Virus record (IMG/VR): IMGVR_UViG_3300020045_001121
Span: 1-49,458 of that record
Strand: one strand, 5' to 3'
Origin: a virus
Lineage: Duplodnaviria > Caudoviricetes
DNA length: 49,458 nt
Position numbers and translations under genes: made by a program. Shown here one piece after another: positions 1-9,164 of the stretch; position 1 is the stretch's first letter; every line of letters starts with the position of its first letter. Below the pieces are notes generated by a model. That model had not been told where the DNA came from. It worked only from the letters and a program-made list of their open reading frames with translations, and made no database searches.

Positions 1-121
1 GAGAACTAGCAAATCAAAGCCAAAGATTAAGAAGGTAAAAAAATACTTAGGCCGCTTACCACCAAGCAGGACATGGGCGAAGATTGGTGAACTTGATGAC
101 GGCAAGACAATCATTAAGTGG
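1..121. repeat. Terminal direct repeat, copy 1 (circular assembly overlap)
   Basis: Bases 1-121 are identical to 49338-49458. Confidence 0.95.
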
Positions 122-355
122 TTTTTGTACTTGGCTGAACCATTGCCAGACAAATACCTTGAATGGTCAAACTATCGATTAATTGCAACAAGGCCAATTG
201 AAGGTAAGGCTAATTTTTCTCTGTCATGGAATTCTGAGACAAAGCGCATTTATGGCTCTGACTACGAAATCATTTCAACTCATCATTTGTGTTTATTTGA
301 TCAGTTTTTAGAAATTACTGGATTGACTCCAAATTTAGATAGCTTTACAGTGTAA
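2..355 (+). CDS. Hypothetical protein (118 aa) spanning the circular junction; true start ATG at 49336
   Basis: ATG at 49336 preceded by AGAAGG; the frame is open through the repeat (MRTSKSKPKIKK...) into track ORF 125..355. Confidence 0.7.
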   Translation, partial: RTSKSKPKIKKVKKYLGRLPPSRTWAKIGELDDGKTIIKWFLYLAEPLPDKYLEWSNYRLIATRPIEGKANFSLSWNSETKRIYGSDYEIISTHHLCLFDQFLEITGLTPNLDSFTV

Positions 356-469
356 AATAAACACAACCGTTGAAGCGGTTATCCTACCGCGTTGAGGGTC
401 AGCGCCGGGCCTGGCCTATATCAGCGGACGCCCGGCAAACTTTTTTATCAACACATTAAAGGTCAAGAC

Positions 470-970
470 ATGAAGATTACGGCACAACAATTGCTTAACA
501 AAGCTCAAACACATATGCAAGCCCGTGCAGCGACTTACGACAAGCCCGAAGGGGAGCGCAGCATGGCAGCTACTGTAGAGGCTTATAACGCCATTACAGG
601 GCATTCACTGACCGAGGCTAATGGCTGGCTGCTTATGGCGGTATTGAAGATGGTGCGGGATAACCAATGCAAAGAAGCTCACGTCGATTCAGTGGAAGAC
701 TTTGTGGCTTACTCCTCGCTTTATGGTGAGGCTCGTTTGAATGAGGTTGCTAAGCCTTTGGTGGATGGTTGGGCGGTGAAGCCAAATGCTGATGGGTGGA
801 TTAGTTGGGGTGGTGGGGATTGCCCAGTTAAAAATGAATCAAGAGTTGAAGTAAAGTTTAGAGATTCTGATAGTGAAGAATACTCTGCTGGCCAATTTCG
901 ATGGCACTACGCAAAAGATAAATCAGATCATCCAAAATATGACATCATCGCCTACCGCGTAGTAAAATAA
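470..970 (+). CDS. DUF6378-like phage protein with a C-terminal W-I-x-W-x-GG-x-CPV module
   Basis: RAATYD..E.SM...GWLLMAVLK..R...H.DS.EDFVAY pattern; AAAGG RBS before ATG 470. Confidence 0.6.
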   Translation: MKITAQQLLNKAQTHMQARAATYDKPEGERSMAATVEAYNAITGHSLTEANGWLLMAVLKMVRDNQCKEAHVDSVEDFVAYSSLYGEARLNEVAKPLVDGWAVKPNADGWISWGGGDCPVKNESRVEVKFRDSDSEEYSAGQFRWHYAKDKSDHPKYDIIAYRVVK

Positions 971-975
971 AGCCT

Positions 976-1473
976 ATGGCAACATCAAAGAAAACTCAGT
1001 CAGTAGGTCGGCCTACTCTTTACAAAAAAGAGTATGTCGAGCTTGGTTATAAATTCTGCCTTTTGGGTGCGGATGATAATCGACTGGCTGAAATGCTTGA
1101 AGTTGATGTTGCCACAATCAACCGATGGAAGATTTCTCATCCTGAATTTTGCGAGTCCCTAAAGGCTGGCAAGGATGTTGCTGATTCAAAGGTGGCTCAG
1201 GCGCTCTATAACCGCGCTCTAGGCTACAGCCACCCTGATTCTGATGTGAAGGTAATAGACGGGCAAATTGTCATTACAGAGCTTGTAAAGCATTACCCGC
1301 CTGATACCGGGGCTGCTATGGCATGGCTTAAGAATCGTCAGCCTAAGACATGGCGTGACAAGCAAGACATAGACCACACATCAAGCGACAATTCAATGAG
1401 CCCGAAGCCAGCCGTCGAACTGGACGCGAAGATGGTAAAAAGCATCCTAGAGAAAATAAGTGCTGACATCTGA
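976..1473 (+). CDS. terS: Terminase small subunit
   Basis: GRPTLY, HTH-like segment, HYPPDTGAAMAWLKNRQP..WRDK; directly upstream of TerL. Confidence 0.9.
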   Translation: MATSKKTQSVGRPTLYKKEYVELGYKFCLLGADDNRLAEMLEVDVATINRWKISHPEFCESLKAGKDVADSKVAQALYNRALGYSHPDSDVKVIDGQIVITELVKHYPPDTGAAMAWLKNRQPKTWRDKQDIDHTSSDNSMSPKPAVELDAKMVKSILEKISADI

Positions 1474-2899
1474 GGAAAAGATGGCTGTTAAAGCGGCCAT
1501 GCAGGTTGATCATTTATTCTTTGCGCGTTACTTCTTCAGAATCCGAGAAGGTGTCAAATTTCGCATAAATTTGCACCACAAGGCTATTGCTGACGCTTTG
1601 CAGTTGGTCATGGATGGCAAGACTAAGCGCCTGATTATCAACGTTCCGCCGGGAAGCTCCAAGACTGAACTTGCCGTTATCAACTTTATGGCGCGTGGAT
1701 TAGCATTTAATCCACGGGCGCGATTCTTGCATCTTAGCTATAGCTCGGAACTGGCTGAGTTGAATTCAGCTAAGGCCAAAGAACTAATCACATCGGCTGA
1801 ATTTCAAGAGCTATTCCCGCTACCGATTAAGTCAGACTCTAACGCCCGTGGTCGCTGGAATGTTGTCGATAGCGACGGGATCTCAATTGGTGGATGCTAT
1901 GCCACGTCAACGCTCGGGCAGGTTACTGGATTTCGTGCTGGTCATATGGCCAAAGGGTTTCAAGGGGCAATCATCATCGATGACCCTTTGAAGCCCGCTG
2001 ACAGCCTTTCTAAGACAAAGCGCGATGCGGTTAACAATGCTTATATCAACACGGTGCAAAGCCGTAAAGCGTCACCTGACACGCCAGTTATTGTCATCAT
2101 GCAGCGCCTTGCCGACGAAGACCTTACCGGGTTTTTGCTTAATGGTGGGGATGGATATGAGTGGACGCACGTAAAAATTCCAGCGATTAACGATGATGGC
2201 GATAGCTACTGGCCTGAAAAAGAACCATTGGAAAGCCTTTTGCAGCTTAAGGAAAAAGGCAACTTCACGTTTGAAGGCCAGTATCAGCAAGAGCCGTATA
2301 TTCTTGGAGGTGAGTTAATCAAGGGTGAATGGTTTAAACGGTACACAGAGCTTCCAGGATGGCGTGAATTCAGCCGCCGCGCAGTGTTCGCTGACACGGC
2401 CATGAAGACGGGCGAGAATAACGATTACACGGTGTTTATTGATGCCGTGTTGCTTCGCACTGGGCAGGTGTATATCCTGAACTTATGGCGTAAAAAGGTT
2501 GACGCCGTGGGGTTGTTGATTATGGCCAAGGACATTTGGGCCAGTGTATCGGTTAACAACGGGCGTGAAGCATTGCCACCTGCGAGCGGGTTCTACATCG
2601 AGGATAAAGCTTCAGGAACTGGCCTAATTCAGCAGTTGAAGCATGAGCAAGGCTTTATTCCTGTAATGCCAGTACAACGCACAAAAGACAAGCTAACCCG
2701 CGTGATGGAGATTCAGCCACGTATTGAGTCAGGCGGTGTTTATATTCCTGAATCCGCTCCGTGGGTTGTTGACTTTTTGAGTGAGTGCGAGGCGTTTACA
2801 GCCACAGATACTCACAAAAATGATGATCAAATTGATCCTTTGGTGGATGCGATTAACACTTTTATGAGCAATCAGTTTGATTTATCGGCGTTGCTTTAA
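1460..2899 (+). CDS. terL: Terminase large subunit
   Basis: Walker A-like NVPPGSSKT, Walker B IIIDDP, C-terminal RNase H-like nuclease (FADTA...NDDQID). Confidence 0.95.
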   Translation: MLTSEEKMAVKAAMQVDHLFFARYFFRIREGVKFRINLHHKAIADALQLVMDGKTKRLIINVPPGSSKTELAVINFMARGLAFNPRARFLHLSYSSELAELNSAKAKELITSAEFQELFPLPIKSDSNARGRWNVVDSDGISIGGCYATSTLGQVTGFRAGHMAKGFQGAIIIDDPLKPADSLSKTKRDAVNNAYINTVQSRKASPDTPVIVIMQRLADEDLTGFLLNGGDGYEWTHVKIPAINDDGDSYWPEKEPLESLLQLKEKGNFTFEGQYQQEPYILGGELIKGEWFKRYTELPGWREFSRRAVFADTAMKTGENNDYTVFIDAVLLRTGQVYILNLWRKKVDAVGLLIMAKDIWASVSVNNGREALPPASGFYIEDKASGTGLIQQLKHEQGFIPVMPVQRTKDKLTRVMEIQPRIESGGVYIPESAPWVVDFLSECEAFTATDTHKNDDQIDPLVDAINTFMSNQFDLSALL

Positions 2900-2914
2900 G
2901 CCCCGTAGGGCTTA
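2897..2914. terminator. Hairpin between convergent genes (probable terminator)
   Basis: TAAGCCC-CGTA-GGGCTTA; the same GCCCCGTAGGGC core recurs near 13913. Confidence 0.55.
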
Positions 2915-2917
2915 ATT

Positions 2918-3163
2918 TTAGAAATCCATTGTTGCCAGTTCGTCGCGTACCATGATTTTTTCGTAAGCGTCAAAGTTGCGTTCGACAACGTTGGAAAAGT
3001 TGATTTTGTTCTTTTTCGCTGGTGTGAGTTCAATTTCCATCGCTTCGTTATCCAACAATGCGAGCAGTGCGCGTGCAGCTTCTTTGTTTCCTTTTTTGAA
3101 CTCGGCAGCGGCTGCGATGTTGATCTGTTCTGCGATTGCGAGGATTGATTCGTTGTGTGTCAT
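2918..3163 (-). CDS. Hypothetical protein, antisense insert between terL and portal
   Basis: 81-aa ORF with AAGG RBS and its own TGCGCTACAAT promoter motif at 3193-3203. Confidence 0.75.
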   Translation of the reverse strand: MTHNESILAIAEQINIAAAAEFKKGNKEAARALLALLDNEAMEIELTPAKKNKINFSNVVERNFDAYEKIMVRDELATMDF

Positions 3164-3269
3164 TTTGTTTTACCTTGTTTGTTGATGCCTCTATTGTAGC
3201 GCAAAACAAGCAATGCAACCATTTATTTGCATTTAATCCTATAATTCACGCAATTAATAGGGTTTATTC

Positions 3270-4604
3270 ATGGAAAATCAAAAGCGAAGCCGGGGCCGAC
3301 CACGTAAAGACGTTGCACTGCGTAACGACGGGCCGTATATGAACACATTTATTTCGGTCGGAAATAGCAAAGACCGTAGCTCATACACCACGGCAGGCAC
3401 ACCGCGTATCCTTGAGCTTCAAGAGCTTGAGAACTTGTACCAAGGAAACGGCTTCGCCCGTCGCATCATCGACCTGCCAGCGTCTGATATGGTGCGTGCA
3501 TCATTCGAGATTGAAGGCGTCGAGGACTGTGAGCCTATCCTGGCTGAGCTAGAGGGCATTAATATGATGCCTAAGCTGTGCGATGCTATAAAGTGGTCTA
3601 GCTTGTACGGCGGGGCCTTGGTTGTCATGCTAGTGAATGATGGTGGCATGATGGAAGATGCGCTAGTCCCTGAGCGGGCTAAGTCTTTGGAGCAATTGCG
3701 CGTCTATGACCGTCATCAAGTAACCCGGTATAAGAAGTACACAGACCCCAGTGATATGCGCTTTGGCGGCACTGAGCTTTACATGATATCGCCAATTGAA
3801 GGGTCTCCATACGTGGTGCATGAGTCGCGCTGTTTGGTGTTTGATGGCGTATCAGTGCCCGACCGCACCCGCGCTATTAATGACGGCTGGGGGGCTAGTG
3901 TGTTGCAACAATGCGCCGATCAGCTTACCCGCTTTGGTATGTCTCACATTTGGGCTAACTCGCTGGTAGAGCGTGCACAACAGGCGGTTCACGGGATCCC
4001 TGAGCTAACCAATGTCCTGCGTAGTCCCGGTGGTGAGGCTTTGATTCGCCAGCGTCTTGACTTGGTTGACATGGCCCGTTCGATTAATAATACAGTCGCC
4101 ATTGATGCGGCTGAGTCATACGAACTGAAGTCAACGTCACTCGCTGGCGTACCTGACCTCATAGACCGCTTTGCGCTGGCTTTGTCGGCTGTCACGGGAA
4201 TCCCTGAATCGTTACTGTTTGGCAAGGCTACGGGGGGGTTAACGGCTTCGGGTGGTAACGACTTGGAGAACTGGTATTCCAAAGTAAGCCAGTTGCAAGA
4301 GACTATTCTTTTACCGGCTGTTGATAAATTGTGCGCAATTCAAATGCACGTCATGGGCCGGTATGTCGAGAATTACAAAATCGAGTTTGAATCTCTGTTT
4401 ATGCCTTCTGAGAAAGAAGAGGCTGAGATTGAAAAGCTAGAGGCAGAGGCTAAGAAAATAAAAGCTGATACCCATAATATTTATGTTACTGCCGGGGCAC
4501 TTGACCCTTCGGAGCTGCGCAAAATGCTCGCAGAAGATGAAGATTACATGATTGACAATGTAGACCTTATGCCTGAATTGCCTGATGCTGCTGAAATTGT
4601 TTAA
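3270..4604 (+). CDS. Portal protein (DUF1073-type)
   Basis: LY..NGFARRIIDLPA.DM, LYGGA, AVTGIP...LFG...GGL.ASG..DLENWY; position after TerL. Confidence 0.9.
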   Translation: MENQKRSRGRPRKDVALRNDGPYMNTFISVGNSKDRSSYTTAGTPRILELQELENLYQGNGFARRIIDLPASDMVRASFEIEGVEDCEPILAELEGINMMPKLCDAIKWSSLYGGALVVMLVNDGGMMEDALVPERAKSLEQLRVYDRHQVTRYKKYTDPSDMRFGGTELYMISPIEGSPYVVHESRCLVFDGVSVPDRTRAINDGWGASVLQQCADQLTRFGMSHIWANSLVERAQQAVHGIPELTNVLRSPGGEALIRQRLDLVDMARSINNTVAIDAAESYELKSTSLAGVPDLIDRFALALSAVTGIPESLLFGKATGGLTASGGNDLENWYSKVSQLQETILLPAVDKLCAIQMHVMGRYVENYKIEFESLFMPSEKEEAEIEKLEAEAKKIKADTHNIYVTAGALDPSELRKMLAEDEDYMIDNVDLMPELPDAAEIV

Positions 4605-4629
4605 AATATATCTAATTTAAAGGTAAAAA

Positions 4630-4890
4630 ATGCTTGACTCATTCGGACAAATTGGTGATTCCCCTGAATTTTCAGCCCGTAACTTATTCGCCATAACTCC
4701 TGGCGCGTCTGATTTAGATCGAGTTACAAAAGCGGTTTACATCGGTACTGGTGGCAATATCGAATTGCAAGCTATTGGAGATACCGCATCAGTGATTATG
4801 AAAGTATCTGACGGCCAGATTATCCCTGTGCGTGCGCGCAAGGTAATCGCAACTGGTACGACTGCAACAGGCATCGTGGGTATGGCATGA
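4630..4890 (+). CDS. Head spike base protein (RcGTA Rcc01079-like)
   Basis: FAITP...DL...TKAVYIGTGGNI...G.IIPVRA.KV.ATGTTATGIVG resembles the family as recalled. Confidence 0.7.
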   Translation: MLDSFGQIGDSPEFSARNLFAITPGASDLDRVTKAVYIGTGGNIELQAIGDTASVIMKVSDGQIIPVRARKVIATGTTATGIVGMA

Positions 4891-6020
4891 TTGGTCTAGG
4901 GCTTGGCATTACGCAACTTTCGTGCCGTGGATTTACAGCCGCTCAAAGGGTTGTAAACGACGCCCTGCGCGTCTTCCGCACCTTCGGTTCCGACTCCCAT
5001 ATCTGGCTACCCGGCGTAGGCCAAGTAAACGGCCTGACAGCAGGCAACTGGATAGATTCAGCGGGCACAGTTCCTGCTGTTATTGATAATCCAGTTGGCA
5101 AAGTTACAGACAGTTTAGGTGGCATCCACGCCACTCAGAGCACGACTGGGAGCAAGCCGATATTGCGAAGGGGGATTTTGAATATACTGCTACAAAGCGC
5201 CACTCCAGCACTACAGTCTGTCACGCTTACAGCGGCACCTTACACGCTAGCAATGTACGGCACTGGCTCAGTGGTAGTGGCTGGCGGGTATGTTGGAACA
5301 CTTAACGGGACTGGTGCAAGTAATCTTGTTGTGCTTAACTTCACGTCACTTGCATTGATCACATCATTCACGCCAGTAGGGTCTGTTACATCGTTTGGAC
5401 TTTTCGCCGGAACCCTCACAGCCCAACAAATCCAAGCAGCCGGTGGAATTCCCATCACCACCACAGCACCAGCAAGCTCATCGCAAGGGCTAAGTTACTG
5501 GCAATTCGACGGTAATGATTCGCTGGCTTTGAGTGGGCCGGTGTTTCAGATGGCGGATGATCATTGTGTTATAGCAGCGGCGAGTGTCGGGGCTGCTGCT
5601 GGCATGAATAATAACGTCATTATTTGCCCATCTGGCGACTCGGTCGTAGCTTCAGTAAAGCGACTCGGTCAAATATCGTATGATGCTGTTGCTGGGTTAA
5701 TATCAGCATCATGGTTCGACGGGGTAAACTACGATAACCTTGTGTATAGCTACCCAAGAGACACCAAGTTCATTGCCACCGCTCGCAAGACGGGGTCGAC
5801 ATTAGAACTCTGGGTTAACGGGGTCTTTAGAGCCACAAAGCAAGCAACGGCCTCCTTTACGGCAAACACCGGGTCGATAGGTGCCTACCCAACTAGCTTA
5901 GCACTTGGTAATTTCACTGGCGCAATTTATTACGCAAATGCAGTGAAGGCCACAGTCTCTGATGTGGATCGCGTAATTGGCGAGAAATACGCAGCCCTAG
6001 CAGCCGGAGTAACACTATGA
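4887..6020 (+). CDS. Head fibre/spike with LamG/concanavalin-like domain
   Basis: N-terminal MIGLGLGI, HATQST...KP, WQFDGNDSL, LWVNG; coupled to the spike-base gene. Confidence 0.6.
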   Translation: MIGLGLGITQLSCRGFTAAQRVVNDALRVFRTFGSDSHIWLPGVGQVNGLTAGNWIDSAGTVPAVIDNPVGKVTDSLGGIHATQSTTGSKPILRRGILNILLQSATPALQSVTLTAAPYTLAMYGTGSVVVAGGYVGTLNGTGASNLVVLNFTSLALITSFTPVGSVTSFGLFAGTLTAQQIQAAGGIPITTTAPASSSQGLSYWQFDGNDSLALSGPVFQMADDHCVIAAASVGAAAGMNNNVIICPSGDSVVASVKRLGQISYDAVAGLISASWFDGVNYDNLVYSYPRDTKFIATARKTGSTLELWVNGVFRATKQATASFTANTGSIGAYPTSLALGNFTGAIYYANAVKATVSDVDRVIGEKYAALAAGVTL

Positions 6021-6394
6021 GCGACTACAGCGCAACCATCACCATCACAGTGCCAATCGCACAGCGCGAGACAGGCAAGCGCATCAGCCGTGCCTTGGAT
6101 CAAGATGTCGGTGGATATGAAGCCTTCGCTAATGGTCTTGACGCTGACATGCAGCCTTGCTCGATTGAGGATGCTGTTTATGTGACTTACTCCAGCCCGT
6201 GTTCGCGGGAACTGGCGGGGTCGATGAGCTATCTGCTGGCTAATCCTGAAGTGTTGCATGGGATGGTGGCTGCTGACTATGCCTTGCGGTGGGGTGGGTT
6301 TGAGGTGCCAACGGTAGCTGAAATCAGTTCATTCTGCAATGCTGTTTTATCTATAATTGGAAATGACAAAGAAAACCACATTCAACAACCCTGA
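6017..6394 (+). CDS. Hypothetical protein (possible head-fibre partner)
   Basis: 125-aa ORF with ATGA overlap and GGAG RBS. Confidence 0.6.
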   Translation: MSDYSATITITVPIAQRETGKRISRALDQDVGGYEAFANGLDADMQPCSIEDAVYVTYSSPCSRELAGSMSYLLANPEVLHGMVAADYALRWGGFEVPTVAEISSFCNAVLSIIGNDKENHIQQP

Positions 6395-7175
6395 CACTGT
6401 AGAGCGTGAATACACGCGGGAGCTAGTCAGGTATTCAAAGAATCTACAAAGCGACGTAAACGCACTTGTATTGCCTGCAATTGGCATTATGAAACGACAG
6501 TTAGAGAGTGAGCTAAAGACTGACGGATGGATAGATGAGTTAGCGGCATTGATGCTTGAATTGGCTAACTTAGCATTAGGCCATAGCTCTATTGTGGTGC
6601 GTAAACTTCCCGGCTACTTTGAGGCTGTTAGTAAATTTAACGAGGGCCAGTTTAAGATGGTAGTCAAGTCTAATACCGGCCTAGACTTGCCACACGTTAT
6701 GCAAGGTGCGCCATCGTCGTCTATTCTGGGTGTTAACGTGTTTCGCAGTGAGCCATATCTCAAGCCACTGGCAGAAGCGTGGGTAAGCGAAAATACGGCG
6801 CTGATTAAGTCACTGCCAACAAAATTACACCCTGAGATTGAAGGTATTATTCGGCGTGGCGTGATGGCGGGCACGTCTGTAAAAGACATTCAGAACCAGA
6901 TCAAAGAGCGTTACGGCGTGACGGATTACCGTGCTAAGTTGATAGCGCAAGATCAGACACTCAAGATGAATGCTGACCTTACTAGATACAGGCTCCAATC
7001 AGTTGGCGTAAAGGAATATACATGGCGCACTGTCCAAGACAGCCGCGTGCGTCCTGACCATGTAGAGCGCAATGGAAAGCTGTTTACATGGGATAAACCG
7101 CCGCCAGATGGGCATCCAGGACAACCTGTGCGGTGTCGATGTAGGGCGGAGGCGGTTTGGGATGAAGAGCTTTAG
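6363..7175 (+). CDS. Minor head morphogenesis protein (MuF/SPP1 gp7)
   Basis: RAKLIAQDQT...Y.WRT..D.RVRPDH...NGK.F.W...HPGQPVRCRC. Confidence 0.9.
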   Translation: MTKKTTFNNPDTVEREYTRELVRYSKNLQSDVNALVLPAIGIMKRQLESELKTDGWIDELAALMLELANLALGHSSIVVRKLPGYFEAVSKFNEGQFKMVVKSNTGLDLPHVMQGAPSSSILGVNVFRSEPYLKPLAEAWVSENTALIKSLPTKLHPEIEGIIRRGVMAGTSVKDIQNQIKERYGVTDYRAKLIAQDQTLKMNADLTRYRLQSVGVKEYTWRTVQDSRVRPDHVERNGKLFTWDKPPPDGHPGQPVRCRCRAEAVWDEEL

Positions 7176-7474
7176 TTTCCTGTTGCTTTGTGGATTGCTT
7201 TCTTTGCTCTTTTCAAGTCTTCTTTTGAGTCGCTTGAAACTCCAGCGATTACGCAAAGAAGATCACGTACAGAGTCAAGCAAGTCAGGGGCCGCTGAAAT
7301 CAAGTGAGCATCCATTGAGTTTGCATCAATAATGCTTGTTTGCGTACCGGATGCAGAGCCATCATCAATAATGATTTCTCCATCTTCATTCATTAGGCTA
7401 TAGAAGTTTGATGATACAAACGGTCCTTGATGTTTATGCCAATTCCATTTGCCTTTTGTTTGCTTTGTCGTCAT
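7172..7474 (-). CDS. Hypothetical phage protein (A.LI.AAPDLL family), antisense insert
   Basis: TKGKW...DAHLISAAPDLLD; AAGG RBS; promoter motif at 7501-7511. Confidence 0.7.
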   Translation of the reverse strand: MTTKQTKGKWNWHKHQGPFVSSNFYSLMNEDGEIIIDDGSASGTQTSIIDANSMDAHLISAAPDLLDSVRDLLCVIAGVSSDSKEDLKRAKKAIHKATGN

Positions 7475-7577
7475 GTTTATCCTTGGTTGATTGAGCCGCA
7501 AGTGTAGCTCAAAGACACAACAAACCCAGCTAAAAAAATAAAAAGTTTGCATGAAATTTCACAGTGTTTTTGTGTTA

Positions 7578-7606
7578 TTGCAATGCAATTTTTTTATAGT
7601 TATAAT
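7578..7606 (+). promoter_or_regulatory. Sigma70-type promoter for head genes
   Basis: TTGCAA-17 nt-TATAAT, ending 8 nt before ATG 7615. Confidence 0.75.
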
Positions 7607-7614
7607 CCGAGTAT

Positions 7615-8703
7615 ATGCAAGCAAACCGTTATGACCGTGTTGACGTTAAGGCAAGAATCACCGAGGATGGTTTCCTCGTTGATATGCCTATCGTCGGGCG
7701 CATTGGAATTCAAACATATATGAATTCTGATGGATCAACTCGCAAAGAATACAGGCCAGCCGATGAGGTTTTTAAGCTTGATTCCCTGAAATCATTCAGC
7801 GGGAAAATCATCACTGACTCGCACCCGTCCGAAGTTGTCACCGCTAAAAACGCTAAGAAATTAAGCGTTGGAACCATTCAAAGCGACGGAATCCAAGACG
7901 GTGATAACGTCATAGCAAAAATCATCATCCACGACTCTGAAATGATTGACAAAATCATGAAGGGCGGGAAAAAAGAGCTTTCCCTAGGCTACAAAGTAGA
8001 TTTAGAAGAGACATCGGGCGAATGGAACGGTGAAAAGTATGATGCTATTCAGCGCAACATTCGCGTAAACCATTTGGCATTGGTGCCAAAAGGTCGCGCA
8101 GGTAATGCGCGGCTTAATCTTGACCGCAATGATGCGGTTTCCATTTACCCTGAAAAGGAAGCAACTATGAGCGAATTAAGCTCGGTAAAACTTGACTCGG
8201 GCTTGTCGTATCAAGCTGCACCCGAAGTCGTCATCGCATTGGAAAAGATGCGCGACGATAAGGCCCTACAACAAACCAACATTGACGAGTTGCACAAGCA
8301 ACTCGATACAGTGGCCGCTGAGCGTGATGCTCTCAAGCATGACGCTGCCAATCTGGCGACCGTCAAGGCTGACGCGCTGGAAACTGCTCGCAAGGAAGTT
8401 AAAGCACGCGCTGAGCTTGAAGTTCAAGCCGCTAGCTTTAAAGTCGATTGCAAAGACAAGACTGACCGCGAAGTGCGTGAAGCTGTCATCAAGTCTGTCC
8501 GTGCTGACGTTGATCTGACCGGAAAGTCAGAAGACTACGTGTTTGCATCGTTCGACTTCGCAGTGGCTCAAAAGGCTGATAGCGCGATGGCTGAGCAACG
8601 TAAGGCTGGCGTCAAACTGGATGGTTCTGATAAGCAATCCGCTACTTCGTCTAAGGACAAGTACAAAGAACACATGGCTAATATTTCAAAAGGAGCTAAA
8701 TAA
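7615..8703 (+). CDS. DUF2213 prohead protease/scaffold
   Basis: ELSLGY...YDAIQRNIRVNHLALV..GRAG..ARL.LD followed by a coiled-coil C-terminus. Confidence 0.9.
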   Translation: MQANRYDRVDVKARITEDGFLVDMPIVGRIGIQTYMNSDGSTRKEYRPADEVFKLDSLKSFSGKIITDSHPSEVVTAKNAKKLSVGTIQSDGIQDGDNVIAKIIIHDSEMIDKIMKGGKKELSLGYKVDLEETSGEWNGEKYDAIQRNIRVNHLALVPKGRAGNARLNLDRNDAVSIYPEKEATMSELSSVKLDSGLSYQAAPEVVIALEKMRDDKALQQTNIDELHKQLDTVAAERDALKHDAANLATVKADALETARKEVKARAELEVQAASFKVDCKDKTDREVREAVIKSVRADVDLTGKSEDYVFASFDFAVAQKADSAMAEQRKAGVKLDGSDKQSATSSKDKYKEHMANISKGAK

Positions 8704-9158
8704 TGTCTCAGACTACCGTTACACAATATGGCGCGGCGTCCTTCGCCGGTATGCTTGACGGCATTGGCGCTCACCAAGTTCGCAGCTATTCGGCTGAAGA
8801 GATTATCCCAATCGCTTACCCCGTTAAGCTTGGTACAGACAAGTCCAAGCAAGTGCTTAAAACCACTACCGGCGCGCTGGCTGTTGGCTTTGCATTGCAT
8901 GACCATGCTCGCGAGCAATCGTCTGCTGGCGTGGTTCAATATGCTGCCAAAGAAACCGTGTCTGTTATTACTCAGGGTCGATTCTGGGTTCCTACAACTG
9001 ACGCAGTGGTTGCTGGTGCTGTTGCTAACGTGACTGTTGCCACTGGCGCGCTGACTGACGAAGCTGTTGCCGCTGGTATCGAGGCTTTCACCCAGTTCTC
9101 GGCTCGCTTTATCACCGCTACGACTGGCGCTGGTTTGGCATTGGTTGAAATCAAATAA
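8703..9158 (+). CDS. Capsid decoration/cement protein
   Basis: Ala/Thr/Val-rich 151 aa between protease and major capsid gene. Confidence 0.75.
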   Translation: MSQTTVTQYGAASFAGMLDGIGAHQVRSYSAEEIIPIAYPVKLGTDKSKQVLKTTTGALAVGFALHDHAREQSSAGVVQYAAKETVSVITQGRFWVPTTDAVVAGAVANVTVATGALTDEAVAAGIEAFTQFSARFITATTGAGLALVEIK

Positions 9159-9164
9159 AGGTAA

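Noticed and set aside
1-121. Biological terminal repeat
   Set aside because: An exact 121-nt overlap falling mid-ORF is typical of assembler k-mer circularisation; the true termini cannot be inferred
3270-4604. Anti-CBASS Acb1 label sometimes attached to DUF1073 proteins
   Set aside because: Size, motifs and position after TerL indicate a portal; no 2H phosphoesterase extension is visible
6363-7175. MuF polymorphic toxin
   Set aside because: The protein ends immediately after the CRC motif, with no toxin extension
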